Source: Paramecium tetraurelia (Eukaryota). From it: a stretch of DNA of 64,000 nucleotides. The notes beneath the pieces were generated by a model, which worked only from the letters and a program-made list of their open reading frames with translations, was not told the origin of the DNA and made no database searches. A program made the position numbers and the translations under genes. The DNA is taken from NCBI GenBank assembly GCA_000165425.1, contig CT868285.1, positions 372,001 to 436,000 of the forward strand. Direction: 5' to 3'. The stretch's first letter is position 1. Each line of letters starts with the position of its first letter. Of this stretch, positions 26,001 through 39,432 are shown piece by piece.

Positions 26001-29000
26001 GTAGATTTATAATGTTAATTTTCGATATGATTCTTGAATTCTTCAGAAAAGTATTAAAATTTTTGTATTAACTATTGTAATACATTATTCTTTATGAAAA
26101 TATTCGATCGAGATTTTAAGAGCGAAACATTAGAAGGTTAATTCAACAATAGAACATTTGAGAATTGTGATTCAACACTGGAGGTAGCAATAGATTTGAT
26201 TAAGGATTTTTTATTGTTATTCAACCATTCATCTTCAGGGTCATAGATTGATAAATGATCGAAGGATTCTTCATTTTAAACAGAAAACGACTATGAGTCA
26301 TTTATCTCAATAATTTCTTATTAATCCTATTTTAAAATGCTTACTTGAGATTATTCAAGAGTTTCTTACACATTTTCAATCTAAAATTAATTTGATTCAT
26401 TTATTATGGAATTCTCAATTTGGAAACTTTGAGATTAATCATTTTCATCTTCTTAAATGAGATTTGCTTCCTCAATTAAATTCTGTTCTTCCATATCTTT
26501 TTCCTATTGCTCAATCTAATCAGTCATATCTTTAAGAAAACTTGGAAAAAACTTATTTAAGAAAGCCATCCTCTCATCTATTGGAAATTCATTTCTATGT
26601 AAGTTTAATAGGTCAAATATTCTGTCCAATTTATCTGCTTTCCTATAACAATCAAGTGCTCTTCTAAGGTCATTCATTTAATAAAATAAATCACCAGCCT
26701 CCTCAAAATAGCCTGCAAAATATGCAGATTCAGCGATTTCGTTTTTACAATCAGTCTGTTTGTACAATTCATAAGCCTTCGCATAGTCTTTGCCTGAGAA
26801 GTAACATTATGCTCCCCTTAATTTTAAATTGATTTCCTCAAACAAACGTCCTGCTGCAACATAATTAGCATAATTCTCTTTAAATATGTTAGCTTAAGTT
26901 GCCAAAAAATACGCCCTAGACTTCTTGGCTAGTTCCTCATCACCAGAAAATTGAAAGCATTTTGCTGCTTGATCATAATTATTGAGTCTAAACATTTTGT
27001 ATCCTTATTTTTTCCAATTAGCCTTATTATCTAATTTGTGTTCAAGAATAAACTAAGTGTCAGAAACCTAAATACTCCTTTTCTAAAAAATTTCAACAAC
27101 ATCTAATTTTTACCAAAGCGATTGCATTATCTGTCTTTTTTGATTTGATTGGTCAAATATTATTAATTTTCTCTTAGGTCTTGTAATAGCAACATACAGT
27201 TATTTCAAGTCCTAACACAAAGATACATTTTCTTAATTAGACTCCTTGTAGACTGTATAATTTCTTGATGTTGCCCAATCGCTTAATTTGAGTTATTTTA
27301 TTTCTATCAATTTATTATAAGCATTTAAATCTGCTGCTATTATCTCAGTTTGATGAACTATTTTATATACAAAGTTATAATACTTGTTTAGTAGTTTCTA
27401 AATTGCTCTTATGTCATGTAGTTTGATTACACTTCTAACTCATTCAATGATTTCCAATCTTCAATAGAAGTAGTACAATCATTGAAAAAATTGAATAAAA
27501 TTACATCATCAAATTCTAAGCCTTTCGCTTCATATATTGTAAGTACCAAAGCATTTTAAAGTTCTTAAGGTAATTTATCTTTCGATTCTTAATCCTTTAC
27601 TATAATGGCCTGATTACATCCGAATTCTACAGTTTTTCTTTCATTTGTGAAAAACTCTTAAATATATGACAACAAATCTTGGGGATCTTCTGTTTACAAG
27701 ACAATTGGCTTAGGTCCAGTTAAATCGGATGTTTCCTTCTTCAATCTATCTATTTTGTATGGGAAGTAAAGCTCTAAGACTCTTATAACAGAGTTGGCTA
27801 ATTATAATATTTAATTGTGAGATCTAAAATTAATATTGAGATCAAACAACTTTAGGTTTGTCTTCCTTTTCCTTTGATTACCTCTATAATTTGATAAACA
27901 GTTTTAAACTTCAAAAAATTTAAAGCCTATTCCCTTAGCAATATTTTAAGCATTGTCTCCACAACAAAATAATCCAAACTCTGCCATCCTGTCTAAAAGG
28001 ACTAGAACAGCTCTTGGCACATCTTGAAGTTCATCTAACATTAAGTAATGCACACATTCAATCACATCATTACCTTAAGTCAACTCATAATTAATATGAT
28101 TAACAATATCCAATAAATCATAATAACCATAACTTTGTTTTAATCTCTCATAGGTTTCAAATGCCTTATAAAGTAAATTCGTTTATGCCAATGACAAAAC
28201 TCTATAATAATAAGAATAATTCTCATAATTCATATATTTATTAGGATATTCATGTGAAGTTTCATGACCTTTTATTTTTGTACAGATTTCACTCCATACC
28301 AAAGTTGGATCAAAAGTAGAGACTTCTATGTTTTCCTACCTCAACAATTTCACGATTTTAGGCCAAAAGACTCTCTCGAAAACCTCAAGAGTAACTTCTT
28401 GCAAATTCGTTTCAATGAATTCCTAGTTATCAATGAGGTTTATCTGTTTATGGAGAAGTTCTTCATTAAATGCTTAAGAAACTTAATTTTGATCCAGTGA
28501 CATAATACCAAAGGACTCATTATGCCATTGAGATGACTTAGTTTGATATCCACCATAAATTTTAAAAAAAGAATTGAGGAGTGAAGAATCAATAAGGGCC
28601 AACAATTTCCTCAAAGTCAAGAAGACAGGATATTGTTTAATTTCGCTAAATTTATTAAATTTACCCATTTCCTTCTCAAATTCACTAATATCTTCATCTT
28701 CTATTTCTTAATCTTTCTAAACTTCCTATTATTAATTATCAATGATCTCGTTTTCATTTTATTATAATGCCTCAATTATTTAAAAAGTACTCTATTCGAG
28801 ATCTATGTTTTCGGATTATTCGTTGTTTTATGAAACCTTTGTTTATCTTTATCTTTTTGTATTTATCACATTTTAGATGTTATTCACTAATTATTCATAA
28901 AGTCTTTTAACTTAGCAAGCCAATAATGGACTGGCTGTTACAAATATTGTTTTTAATTATGTATTTTAATCTTATTAAGATAATAGAATATCGGAATTTT

Positions 29001-32000
29001 AATTTTTTATTTTATCTAAGTTGATTCTTAATTTATATAGAATATCGGTTGAAAATAGTTTTAATAGTGCACATGTTGTCTTGCCTGTTCCACTCCTACC
29101 AATCACTAAAGCATCCCCTCCATATGAAATAACATTTTCTTACTCTTACGTTAGTTTCACTTTAAAATTCGGTATGTTCTTTATTATAGTTAACAATTAT
29201 TATGAAGATGGTAAGTTACAATATTTTTAAATAGTATAATTATGTGATCTTATTTCTTCGTATTATTGTAATTTCTTATAATACTTTTCCTCATCTCCTA
29301 ACGTCATCCAGAGGTTTAGCTTTTTATTATAGATAAATTAATCGTCTGAGCAAATTAATGGTTTAAATATTCTTGGTCCTATTAAATCTCCTTTCATTTC
29401 ACCAATCCTAGAGTATTTATACTATTTTTTATCAAAATTCCCTTCTTATATATACTTCATATCACTAAAAAAATTGGGTATACTCTACTGTGTTTTGAGA
29501 TAGTTTTCATATTATAATTGATGCTTTTAAGATGATTTCCCATTATCACTTAAATCAACAAATATCATTTCATGAACATAGTCAAATTACTTTGGATGCT
29601 ATTAACCATTCATTAGGGGGTATTTCTTTGGAAAAATTTAAAGCTCAATAAGAACAATTTGATTTTCAAGTTGAAATTTTACCTCATAATCATATTGAAA
29701 TGGATATTTGATACTACCCACATTTTATCCATTTATCTAAAAACATGGAGCATCTTAAGAATAGAATCTTCCTTAGGCTAAGACTTTAATTAGAGTAACT
29801 ATCCTCATTAAATCATCTTCCTTTATAGTTTGCAACCTTTATAGGAACTGCTCTTATTTAATAACTTAATTTACTTGTAAAGGATAAATCCCATATTCTT
29901 GAGGGGAATAAAGTACTAAGTGGGATTTATTATAAATATTTAGTTAATTCGTCTTCTCCAGCATATGTCAATCCCATGTAGCGATGTTCGTTCTGATCCT
30001 ACAAAATTTATAAATATTTTAGAATAATTGATCTTGCATTTAACCTCTCATCAAGATTCTCAATTATACTGTTTTAAATCAAATATATAGAAGAAGCTAA
30101 CTATGTTTTCTCTTATTTAAACCAATCCAATTAACTCTCCCTAACCTTATCCTTAAGTTTGTTTTTTTCCGACTTTTTTTTCATTTAATTCTTTAATTCT
30201 TTAATAATTAAGTTGTTATAAATTTTTATATTAATGCTTTCTTCATTAGCACCATAAAATCAATTCAATTAATCTTGAGAGTAATATATATAGTTTTATA
30301 AACAAATTAAATTTCATTTAATGAAAGAGAATAATTCTGCTGCCATGGATCCTTTAGCAAATTCGATATTGTTACTTAAGGCACTACTTATTAAGGCTTT
30401 TTCCTTTATTTTTTGTTTTCCAAGATATTTGATGATTTCAATAGCCTAAATTTCGTTGATTGGTTTGATAAAGCTGAAAAAGTCAATTAGTTCAATTGGA
30501 ATAGGATTTAATCCTCTGTTTCTAAAAATTATGTTTTCATCTCTTTATTCAATACTTGATTAAATGACATTTTTAATTGAATCATATTTCTTGCAAATTC
30601 TAACTATTTCATCTTCTTACTCATTCAAGATATTTGATTCTGGAATTTATGATTAGATTAGACTTTAAACCTTGACTTCCTAATTTCCTTATTCTACTTA
30701 ATGATTTTCCTCAAATACACAATTAGAAATATCTTGATAATTGATTGCAGCACTTCCTCCTTATTACGTACTTTCACTTATTAACATTATATTACTGAAT
30801 TACTTTTCTGACTTCAACCATTTAATCATTTTAATTAGGATTTATTCAGAATTCTTTTATAAAAAGTCATCAAACTAGAAGTATTTGGAATTCAATTGTA
30901 ATTAGAATGAGTCCTCAAATCTGATGGGTTAAGGTATGATTTCTGAATTTGAGTATTATTCAATGAGTTTTTTCTATTCAACTTAGGAAAGCAATTTGAA
31001 ATTTTCTTGAATTTTCTCTTCGCTATACTCAAAGAAAAGACCATCCAAGTAGTTCTCGCAAATCCACAATGGTAAAGCCGATTTAAGGAATATATTATCT
31101 TTTTCCCATTTTTCAAAAAATACCAATAAATCCCCTTTTGACTCGAAATATAGATTATTCATAAATTCCTTGGAGTCTAGTTGGATGAATTAAATAATAT
31201 CTTTGAGTTATTCTGAAAATTAAAAGTCACTTCTTCCGATCCATTGTAAGTTAGCAACGTCGATATTGATATCAATCATTGCATTAAATAATTGATTAAA
31301 TGGAATTTATGATTAATTATTGGATCTTCTGGCTAATTTAAATTCATCAAGTATGAAATCGACATCTAATTATACAACCATGGATCCCCATAGTTTGGCT
31401 CCAATTATTTCAATTTTTAATTCTGGAGACAACTTATAAAACTTCTCATCGAAACTTTTGTTGATTGGACTCAAATCATAATCTGGATCCTTAGAAAATT
31501 TAATTAAATGATTTTAATAGTGTTCCCAAATCAACACGTAAATCTAGCTCTAAACTAATTTATTGTTTCTTAGTTCCTTTAGAATCTAATTTGCTAGATT
31601 GCAATAACTCTTAAGTCCTTGGAATAGTAATAATAATGAATTTTCATATTCTCCTTCGTAATTGGGTTTAAATTTCTCAAAATTCATCAATCTAAAGTTT
31701 CTAACAAAATCTGGATCTATTTTCTAAATTTGGATTTATTTATTTAATTTGTTAGCAATTAAAGAGCATTAAAAAACTGAACTTATATTGTTGAGTAGAA
31801 TGTCTTCAAATTGTAGTATTTACGGTGGAATGGACTTACTCAGAATTTTTATCACTTTCTTTCTATAAAATATTGTATATTTAAGTTACCTGTTTTTTTC
31901 AAAGTGAGATGGAAATTTTATAAAAATTTCTTTCAGTTAGTTTAGTATTTTAGCATCTGCATACAGCTCAATGTCTTCTATTAGTAATTTTAAGCAACTA

Positions 32001-32038
32001 AGCAATGATTTTTATCTGTTGGATTAAGCTCCTCCCAT
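23092..32038 (-). CDS. Giant (~2,950 aa) UvrD-like SF1 helicase with TPR repeats (TRANK1-like)
   Basis: Walker A VIGRSGTGKTT, motif II LMLDELQD, GDNAQNIAKG, LNINFRSH, LTIYEAKGLEFDDVILFNFF, LYVAITRPKR, followed by TPR-like repeats (YDQAAKCFQFSG, YVAAGRLFEE, YAKAYELY, FEEAGDLF). Starts MGGAQS; ends EEELEQ-TGA. Confidence 0.88.
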
Positions 32039-32483
32039 TTATTTTATTAATGAAATATTTCATTCCAATTCAGAAGTCGATTTGTCAATTTATAGAATAG
32101 CTAATTAAATATAGAATGTAATATATAAATAAGAGTGATTAATATTATTGCTCTCTTCATTATTATTCTTATGTATTGAAGTTCTAATTGAGTATAAATT
32201 TAAAGAATTTGAAATTGGAATAGTCTCTGACAAGAATTTATAAAAATTTGACAAATGAATATAATAAGTTAAATAATTTATGTTATCTGGAACAATATCA
32301 AGTTCTTATTATCTCTTCTAATATTTGTCCATTGTATAAAAGCTTAGATTAGTTAAACTAGTTATTTACCTCCAATTTTATAATTTTAATCTTCATTAGA
32401 ATTAAAAATAATTGATTATCTCGTTTCTAATTATGATGAAAATAATAATATTAAATAGTATATGTTAATGATATGAATACATG

Positions 32484-33577
32484 TCAAGTTAGGATGTTAT
32501 TTTATTTTTTGGAGTAATTTATATTTTCTATATTAGTTTTAATCACCTTTTTCAAAGAATCTTAGAGCTAGTTAATTCTTTCTTGTTCCTCTGTCAACCT
32601 GATTTTAGCAGAACGAAAAAAGGAAATACTATTTCTCTCAGCACTTTTACAAATACTACTTTCATCCATATCCAACAGACTTGTTATTGCAGAGTCATTC
32701 TGAACTTACCAAATTTAATCTTATTTAAAGAAAACAGATCTTTTATTCTTTTATAAATTAATAAATTATATACCGAGTTATCAGATCTTACTGGAGAAAA
32801 CAGAGCATTCAATTCCATCAGTATTCTTGAACGCCTCTATATTTTTTCGGTAGCTTCTTATTTTAATTTCTTTTTTTTATTCCCAGTTGATTTTTACTCT
32901 AAATAAAATTATTTAATATATTTCCTAGGCACTATGTCATCAAAGGCTTCTAATTCAGTAACTAAAGATTTAATTGAGGGAGGCTGGTATTTTTCAAAGT
33001 AATCAGCCAATTCATAATAAATTTCATTATGTCTTCTCAATTAGTAAATGGGAGTGTTGTATTTTCTATTGTCATCTCTCGTCAACGATCTCAATTTCAT
33101 TATTAATTCCTATCTTGACAGTTCAGTGAAGTTGCATCTTTCTACAGTTTTTCGATGAGTCTCAGCTAAACTATTGTACAACTAGTACAAATCTTCATTG
33201 GGCTGTTATCTCAAGCCTAAATTAATATCTTTACTTATTCTTTCATACTCCCCTTAATCTTTCAATTTGATTTTCCCATCCAGTTGCCAACCTTAATATT
33301 ATTTGATTGGGTCATAATGTTATTTGAATATTTTATAACCCGGGGGTCCAAAGTCATTTTGAGTAGTATCCAATTTGCAATGCTGAGTCTAACAATATTT
33401 GAGTGCCTTTTTCTTATCTAACCCAGCCCTTCTTAATTTGGCGAAGACAGTAGCATTTTCATAGTTTTCTTCAGTAAACTTACTTCGAGGATTAAACCTC
33501 TGACAATCCTTAAAGAGACCATTTGTTAATTTGTTCTGCTTTTCGAATGGAGATGATCTATATGTTGTTTCTCTCAT
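32484..33577 (-). CDS. Uncharacterised protein, tandem paralog A
   Basis: MRETTYRSSP...GLFKDCQRFNP...AKLRRAGLDKKKALKYCQTQHCKLD...GPPGYKIF...GWQLDGK; clearly similar to the neighbouring gene. Confidence 0.7.
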
Positions 33578-33609
33578 AATAATATATAAAAAAATATAAT
33601 TAGACATAA

Positions 33610-34645
33610 TCATGAATTTAAGAAATCTTTACCAAACAAAGTTCCATCAAATTTACAATTTATCCGACCAATAACTTTTGTGACTAATTTATCAAGCTTT
33701 TATTAAAATTATTAATTTTTTCTTTATTCTTCAAATGGTTAAAATTTAGAAAACCGATGGCTTAATACACTGCATCTTTTTTTGGCAGTTGCACTTCCTT
33801 CATCAGTAAAAATTTGTTCTTTCGATAAACCAATATTTGGAAACTCCTAACGTTGTCTTTCATCATCAACTTTGGGATTGAACTACTCTAACATCTTCAT
33901 AGCTATCCAATAATACAATTTCAATGGAAGGATCGTTTGGACTTCCCGCTTCTCTGTAAGTCTCAATCAACTCATGTAATGCTTTTAATCTTGACTTCAA
34001 TCCCTTCTCTTCATCTGTTCTTTTTAGAGCTGGTCTCTACACTCTGGGTTCTATTCTGAATTGTTCTCTTATTTATTTTGGAATAATATCATCAAATGAT
34101 TCGGTGTCAGTTATTAATGTCCTAGACAATGGCTTTATTTGCTCGTAATAGTCTGCTAATTCAAAGTAATGATCTTTTCCATTTCCCATTTGAAATTAAG
34201 GAAGCTTTACTTATTTACTGGAATTACTTAAGCCTAAGAAATAGTTCTTTAGCCTTTCAAATTTTTTCTATTCTTCTTAATTTCGATATTGCATCAACCC
34301 ATCGTCTCCCTTAGCCTTTTGAAACTTCTCAGAACTGCTCTCCTTCAATTTTCCAACCATTTGCCAACCCCTAATTATTTTTTATTTATCAAGTGAGGTT
34401 GAAAATATTTTATAATTCGGAGGTCCATGTTTACATTGTGAAGCATCAAATTTACAGTGATCAGCCAAACAATACTTCAATGCCTTATCCCTCACCAATC
34501 CAAATCGTCGAAGTTTTGAATACATCATAGCATCTTCCTCATTAGGTTACGGTGATCTCTCTTTGGGCTAAAACCTTATGCATTATCTAAACAATCCTAT
34601 TTCCCTTGGAGAATTAGATTAATTATTGAATCTAACTTGTTTCAT
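33610..34645 (-). CDS. Uncharacterised protein, tandem paralog B
   Basis: MKQVRFNN...GLFRQCIRFQP...SKLRRFGLVRDKALKYCLADHCKFD...GPPNYKIF...GWQMVGK. Confidence 0.7.
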
Positions 34646-35726
34646 TTATCAAAATTTATAATCATTATCTATACTCAAATCTATTTTATATAAGGCATCA
34701 GTCGAGACCCCTCCTCCCTACTTCTAGTGAATACAAAATACTAAAACTATTTTAAATATAATGAAAATTAATTTGTAACCTAATGAATTAATCCAAATCC
34801 TAATTTAATTAGTTATAAATTTTGCAAGTGGTTTTTTAGGTTTATTTTTAAGATTCAACTATTAATAAACCTGGTTAGCAACATTATACTCTTATCGCCT
34901 GATATACATTCAATAATTAAATTTTTATTGAGAACCTTATTCTTTTTGATGCCAAACTTTATTTAAACCCCTGATATAATTATCAAATTTAATGAACTAT
35001 CTCTTAATATTAAAATATATTTAAATCAATGTAATTCTGTAGACATTTAAATCATTTCAATTTATTAGCTTGAAAATTTGACGACTTCAAATATTGGGTT
35101 ATAACTTATTGAATATTCTATAGATTGAATTTCTTTCGTATCATAACATCATTATAACGATTATTTCATTTTTTTACTAAAAATTCAATAAATTCGTTTT
35201 AAGAAATTTTGCCATCTTTATATTATTCTTAAATTGTTAAAATCTCCTTCAAAAAATTGCTATCAAATCATTTGATTATTTTCTAAACCTCATTTTAGTT
35301 AGTTAACCATTGCAATTCGAAAAAATAAAATTGATTCTTCTGAAATCAGAAATGCTTATCAAATCTCCATTAGTTAATTAAATACAGCATTCTATAACAC
35401 ATCTTTTATATGCTGAATTTATTAGTATACCGAAAATGTTAACATAACATAATATAAAGGTGATAAATTTATATTACTTCAAATTTATTAGGCTAACCAG
35501 AAGGATAAATTATTAATATTAAATACACATCTTAAGTTCTAAGTTCTTAATTTATCTATTCAAACCATTTTATTTTTTATAAATAGATAAATAGTTGTAT
35601 TAATTTTTGATTTGACATATTATTTTAAATGAAGTTAAATATGAATAGGTCATTAGAATTAAAGAGAAGAGTGGAATGATAATAAGATAATAAGTGATAT
35701 GATTTCGTTTGTTTAATTAAAAATGG

Positions 35727-35880
35727 AAGGTGCGAGGGTTTCCCCTCACTAGCAGAAATTGAGCGATAAAGCCTTTCCAAACGGAAAGTTTTGGAGCCTC
35801 ACTGACGCCGGTTGTGCGATGGCCAGCTTAACCCCACACTGCTAATCTGTATGATCATCAGCAGTGCTCGCCAGGTAAGT
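35727..35880 (-). ncRNA. U1: U1 spliceosomal snRNA (variant loops); 3' end approximate
   Basis: Minus strand starts ACUUACCUGG (5' splice-site guide). Helix GGCGA/UCGCU; stem I CACUGCUGAU/AUUAGCAGUG with loop GAUCAUACAG; stem II with loop AUCGCAC; stem III CUUUCC-GUUU-GGAAAG; Sm site AAUUUCUG; terminal hairpin GUGAGGG-GAAA-CCCUCGC. GC-rich island in AT-rich DNA. Confidence 0.93.
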
Positions 35881-35930
35881 GAATTTAGTAAACTAAGAAA
35901 ATGACTTATATAGTTTATATAAAAATGAAA

Positions 35931-35942
35931 TTTTATGGGTTT
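35931..35942 (-). promoter_or_regulatory. Ciliate snRNA upstream sequence element (USE/PSE-like)
   Basis: AAACCCATAAAA at about -51 to -62 from the U1 5' end, matching the ACCCATAAA-type element recalled from ciliate snRNA promoters. Confidence 0.7.
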
Positions 35943-36082
35943 GATATAATTAATTATAAAGGAGGTGAATAAGTAAATTATGCTAAAATGGATTGTAATA
36001 ATTAGGTTATTAAATATGAACACTTGAGAGTTAATTATTATTTTCCAGAACAACAATGTAAAATTCGTAGAGATTCTTCCAA

Positions 36083-37609
36083 ATGAGACAGATGACCAAA
36101 GCAATGGACAGTTGTTTTGAGGATGAAATGTTTCAGATCAAACAACTGATTTCGCAATTAAGATAATCAGATGTCAACTTCTATGATCAAAGATTGTAAT
36201 ATGATACTCAGATCTTACAAGAATGGGAAATATTCAAAGAGAGCTAAATAAAAAAAATAATACATGAAACAATGAATTCCTCAAGTCCTGACTTCAAGAT
36301 TTGTCTATGTGAATTTGCATAGAATAGACGATTGTCAATTGAGATTTGGATTAAAGTGGCTTATGATGTATTTTACGATGAATTAGATGGAAATGAATTG
36401 AGAATGAAATTTTGGACTTACTTTAAGAAAAAGTACTTCACTTTGAGAGATGAGTTGATGACAAAGGAATGGCCAGATCAATGGAAATATGTCGAGGATG
36501 AACCATGCCTATGTTTGGATATAATTAAGGTGTATGAACAATACTTGCCAATCAGGATGTTGATAGCCCAAAATTTGAATGAATTGGCTCCCAATTATTT
36601 ATATGTTGATGTCAGACGAATGCCTAATCTAATTGAAGACAATGGATTATATTTAGAATGTACAAGGAAAACATGGTTTCCCAATTTATAGATGTTGTCA
36701 TGTGATTAATTAGAAAAGGTGTATTACTCAAATACTGTATTCAGTCATCAAATCTTAAGATTCGTAGTCGTAATTAAAAAGATTGTAATGCCCATCTTGG
36801 CATACTTCTAGGAAAGGGCTGAGGCTGGTAATGTAATAAATATCTATGGAGAATAACATGAATTCATGTTTGAGATACTTCAATCTCTCAAGGCTTTAAG
36901 TGGTTTGGCTATCAGAACTGCTGATGCTACTTTGAGAGTGTAAAAATCATTCAAATAAGGGTCTGTAGATTCTAGAACCAAAGAGGATGTTTGCAAGGTG
37001 ATCATTTCCACTTTGTCATAGCATGATGTAAATTAGGAGATTTTGCAGGATATCTACGATAATTTGTGTTAAGGTTATACGACCTTCTATTCTGATGTTT
37101 ATAAGCATATCAAACCCTATCCGAAATTGATTATTATGGTAAGTGAACGAAAATTGTCATTCAAAATGTCAAGGGCTGACGATATCTAATATCATCAGAT
37201 CCCAGATCAAATGATTTCGGATTTACTAAAAACAATTGACTATCAATTTCTTGTTTATTATGTTAATTTATGTTTTAATAAAGTGATGACCCTATAATAA
37301 AGATCCGGATAAAGGAAACCCTTTTTTTAAATCATGATGTTGATGTGGTCATATGCAGTGCCTTTGTTTTTTAAAAACGTTAAGCCTGATTTATCAGATG
37401 CCAAAATATTTGAATAGATGGAAGCCTATGAGAAACTGATTGAGTAAGAAAATATCACTATTGACTTGTCTGATAATGAATTAAAGTAGTAATTTAATGA
37501 GGACGAGGAAGATTCAAAAGGATCTGAGAGTCAGGAATCTGAAATACAGGGAGACAACATGGAAATCACCAATCTAGGGAAGGTTGTCAAGAAAATTAGA
37601 TTTTATTGA
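36083..37609 (+). CDS. Hypothetical protein with acidic C-terminus (start approximate)
   Basis: Long code-6 frame MRQMTKAMDSCFEDEMFQIKQ...IWIKVAYDVFYDELD...EDEEDSKGSESQESE...KKIRFY-TGA. Confidence 0.65.
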
Positions 37610-37656
37610 TTGACCAAAATAATATTAATTAATAAATATATATAATTATAATTTTA

Positions 37657-39069
37657 ATGAAATCTATATCATAATAGACAAGGTCATTGATACAGAAACA
37701 ATAGGAGTTTGGATTAATAGATTCCAGGATTTCCTAATTAAAATAATAATTATAATTGCAAGAATCAAATAATCACATCATCGAATTCAAAGTTAATAAA
37801 ATCTTGGAAACCAAATAAAACACATCCAAAGATTAATCTGATGTATTATCTGTACATTATTTATTTAGTATAGTAGAAGATTAGAGAATCTGAATTATGA
37901 ATAACAAAACAGAAACAGTAAAATTAAGTTATTGAAACATCTTAATGAGGAAGATTCATTTAGAAGAAAAAGAGACTTGGATGAGGAGAAACGACTTGAA
38001 TAAGAAGTAATGAAGGAACGATCAATGCTCTATTAATTGCAATATAAACATAGTTAGAATGAAGAACTTTAACTTAAATAGTAGCAGTTTTAAAAGGTTG
38101 ATTTGTTTCATTATTATCATAGATTTAAGAATAGAAGTTCAGAATGAAATAAAAATTAGATTTGAAAAGAATTGAAAAAATCGAAAATGTTAGAAACTGC
38201 CAAATAAAGAAGAAGGCGGAACTTTCAGTTAAATTCGACTTATAATAATAAGAGTACTAATTAAAAATACAAGAAGAATAATAGTTATTAAAGTATATAT
38301 TATTCATTAGAATATAGAAAAGTGTCATTCTCTTAATTAAAATTCTAAGCTCTTAAAGATGACCTTGATTTAGCATAGAAGATATCCATAAGAGATTACG
38401 CAAATTCGGCAACAAATCAGGGTTTTATCAAACAACCATTTGATTAAACTAAGATCAAAAAAGCCATTCTGACTAGTCCTTATGCTTAGATACCATCCAT
38501 TCTAAATCAAAAGTATGCTCTTCTATTTATATAGGGATTTAGATAAGTTAAACCTACTATCAAAATTATTGAAACCTTCTTTCAAAGATCAATAATAAAC
38601 GACTGAAAGGTTAAACCAGAAAACCAACTAAACTCATTTCCATACCTAAATATCAGACAGAACTCATACCAAAGGGAATTCATCTAAATTCGATACTGAA
38701 ACTAGTTAAACTCTAAAAAATAAATTTCAATCTGTTTAAGATCAAAATGCTAAGTTAGATACTCAAGGTAAAGGCTCACTTAATTGTAATGATAATTTGG
38801 ATTCGTAAAAACTCTTGAAATCTGAGAGTAAACTTCCTCTTTAAGAGAATCATAATGAAGAAGAAGAAAATAAAGAAAATCAATAAAAAGATAATTATGA
38901 ATAAGAAGCTTCTTATGAAGATAATTACGAGGACGATAATTAACCCTCTTAACAAGATCAGGATGAATAACATGATTAGGATTAAGAATAATAAAATTAG
39001 GAATAATAAAATGAAGAAGAATTTAATGATGAAGAGCAGTATCCAGCAGATAATGATGAAGAATAATGA
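37657..39069 (+). CDS. Hypothetical Q/E-rich protein with D/E/Q low-complexity tail
   Basis: Open code-6 frame with short introns; ends ...EEEFNDEEQYPADNDEEQ-TGA. Confidence 0.55.
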
Positions 39070-39194
39070 TTGTAATCTATTTATGTTTTTAAAATGCGTA
39101 CTGAATTTAGTACTAAGATTGATTTTAATGGGCTTATAATTATTATTACTTATTTACTTAATGTTTATATAAATTAATTAAAAACCTAAATAAA

Positions 39195-39432
39195 ATGGGA
39201 TGTGTATTCTAAAAACAGAAAAAATTCGAAACAAGAAGCAAGCGTTACTCAACAAATGCAAATACATGTAGTATCTCTTTTTTCATATTGTTTAGTCACA
39301 CCAGATACAAAACAAAGTTTAGAAGTTTATAATCCAACTCTTCGTAAGAATGTATAAGTTCCGATACTTGTACCTGCTTCAAAAAGCAATATTATGAAAA
39401 GAAGAAGTACATAAATCACTACAGGAATGTGA
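39195..39432 (+). CDS. Small putatively N-acylated protein (MGC start)
   Basis: MGCVFQKQKKFETRSKRYSTNANT, one intron, ...VYNPTLRKNVQVPILVPASKSNIMKRRSTQITTGM-TGA. Confidence 0.6.

Noticed and set aside
34690..35570. Possible minus-strand gene or remnant between paralog B and U1
   Set aside because: I could not build a consistent frame or recognise a domain by hand.
35799..36104. 101-aa minus-strand ORF-track call
   Set aside because: It overlaps the U1 snRNA and its AT-rich promoter and has no protein-like features.
38850..39070. Repetitive GAA/GAT/TAA tract
   Set aside because: Explained as the D/E/Q-rich coding tail of the 37657-39069 gene, not a DNA repeat element.
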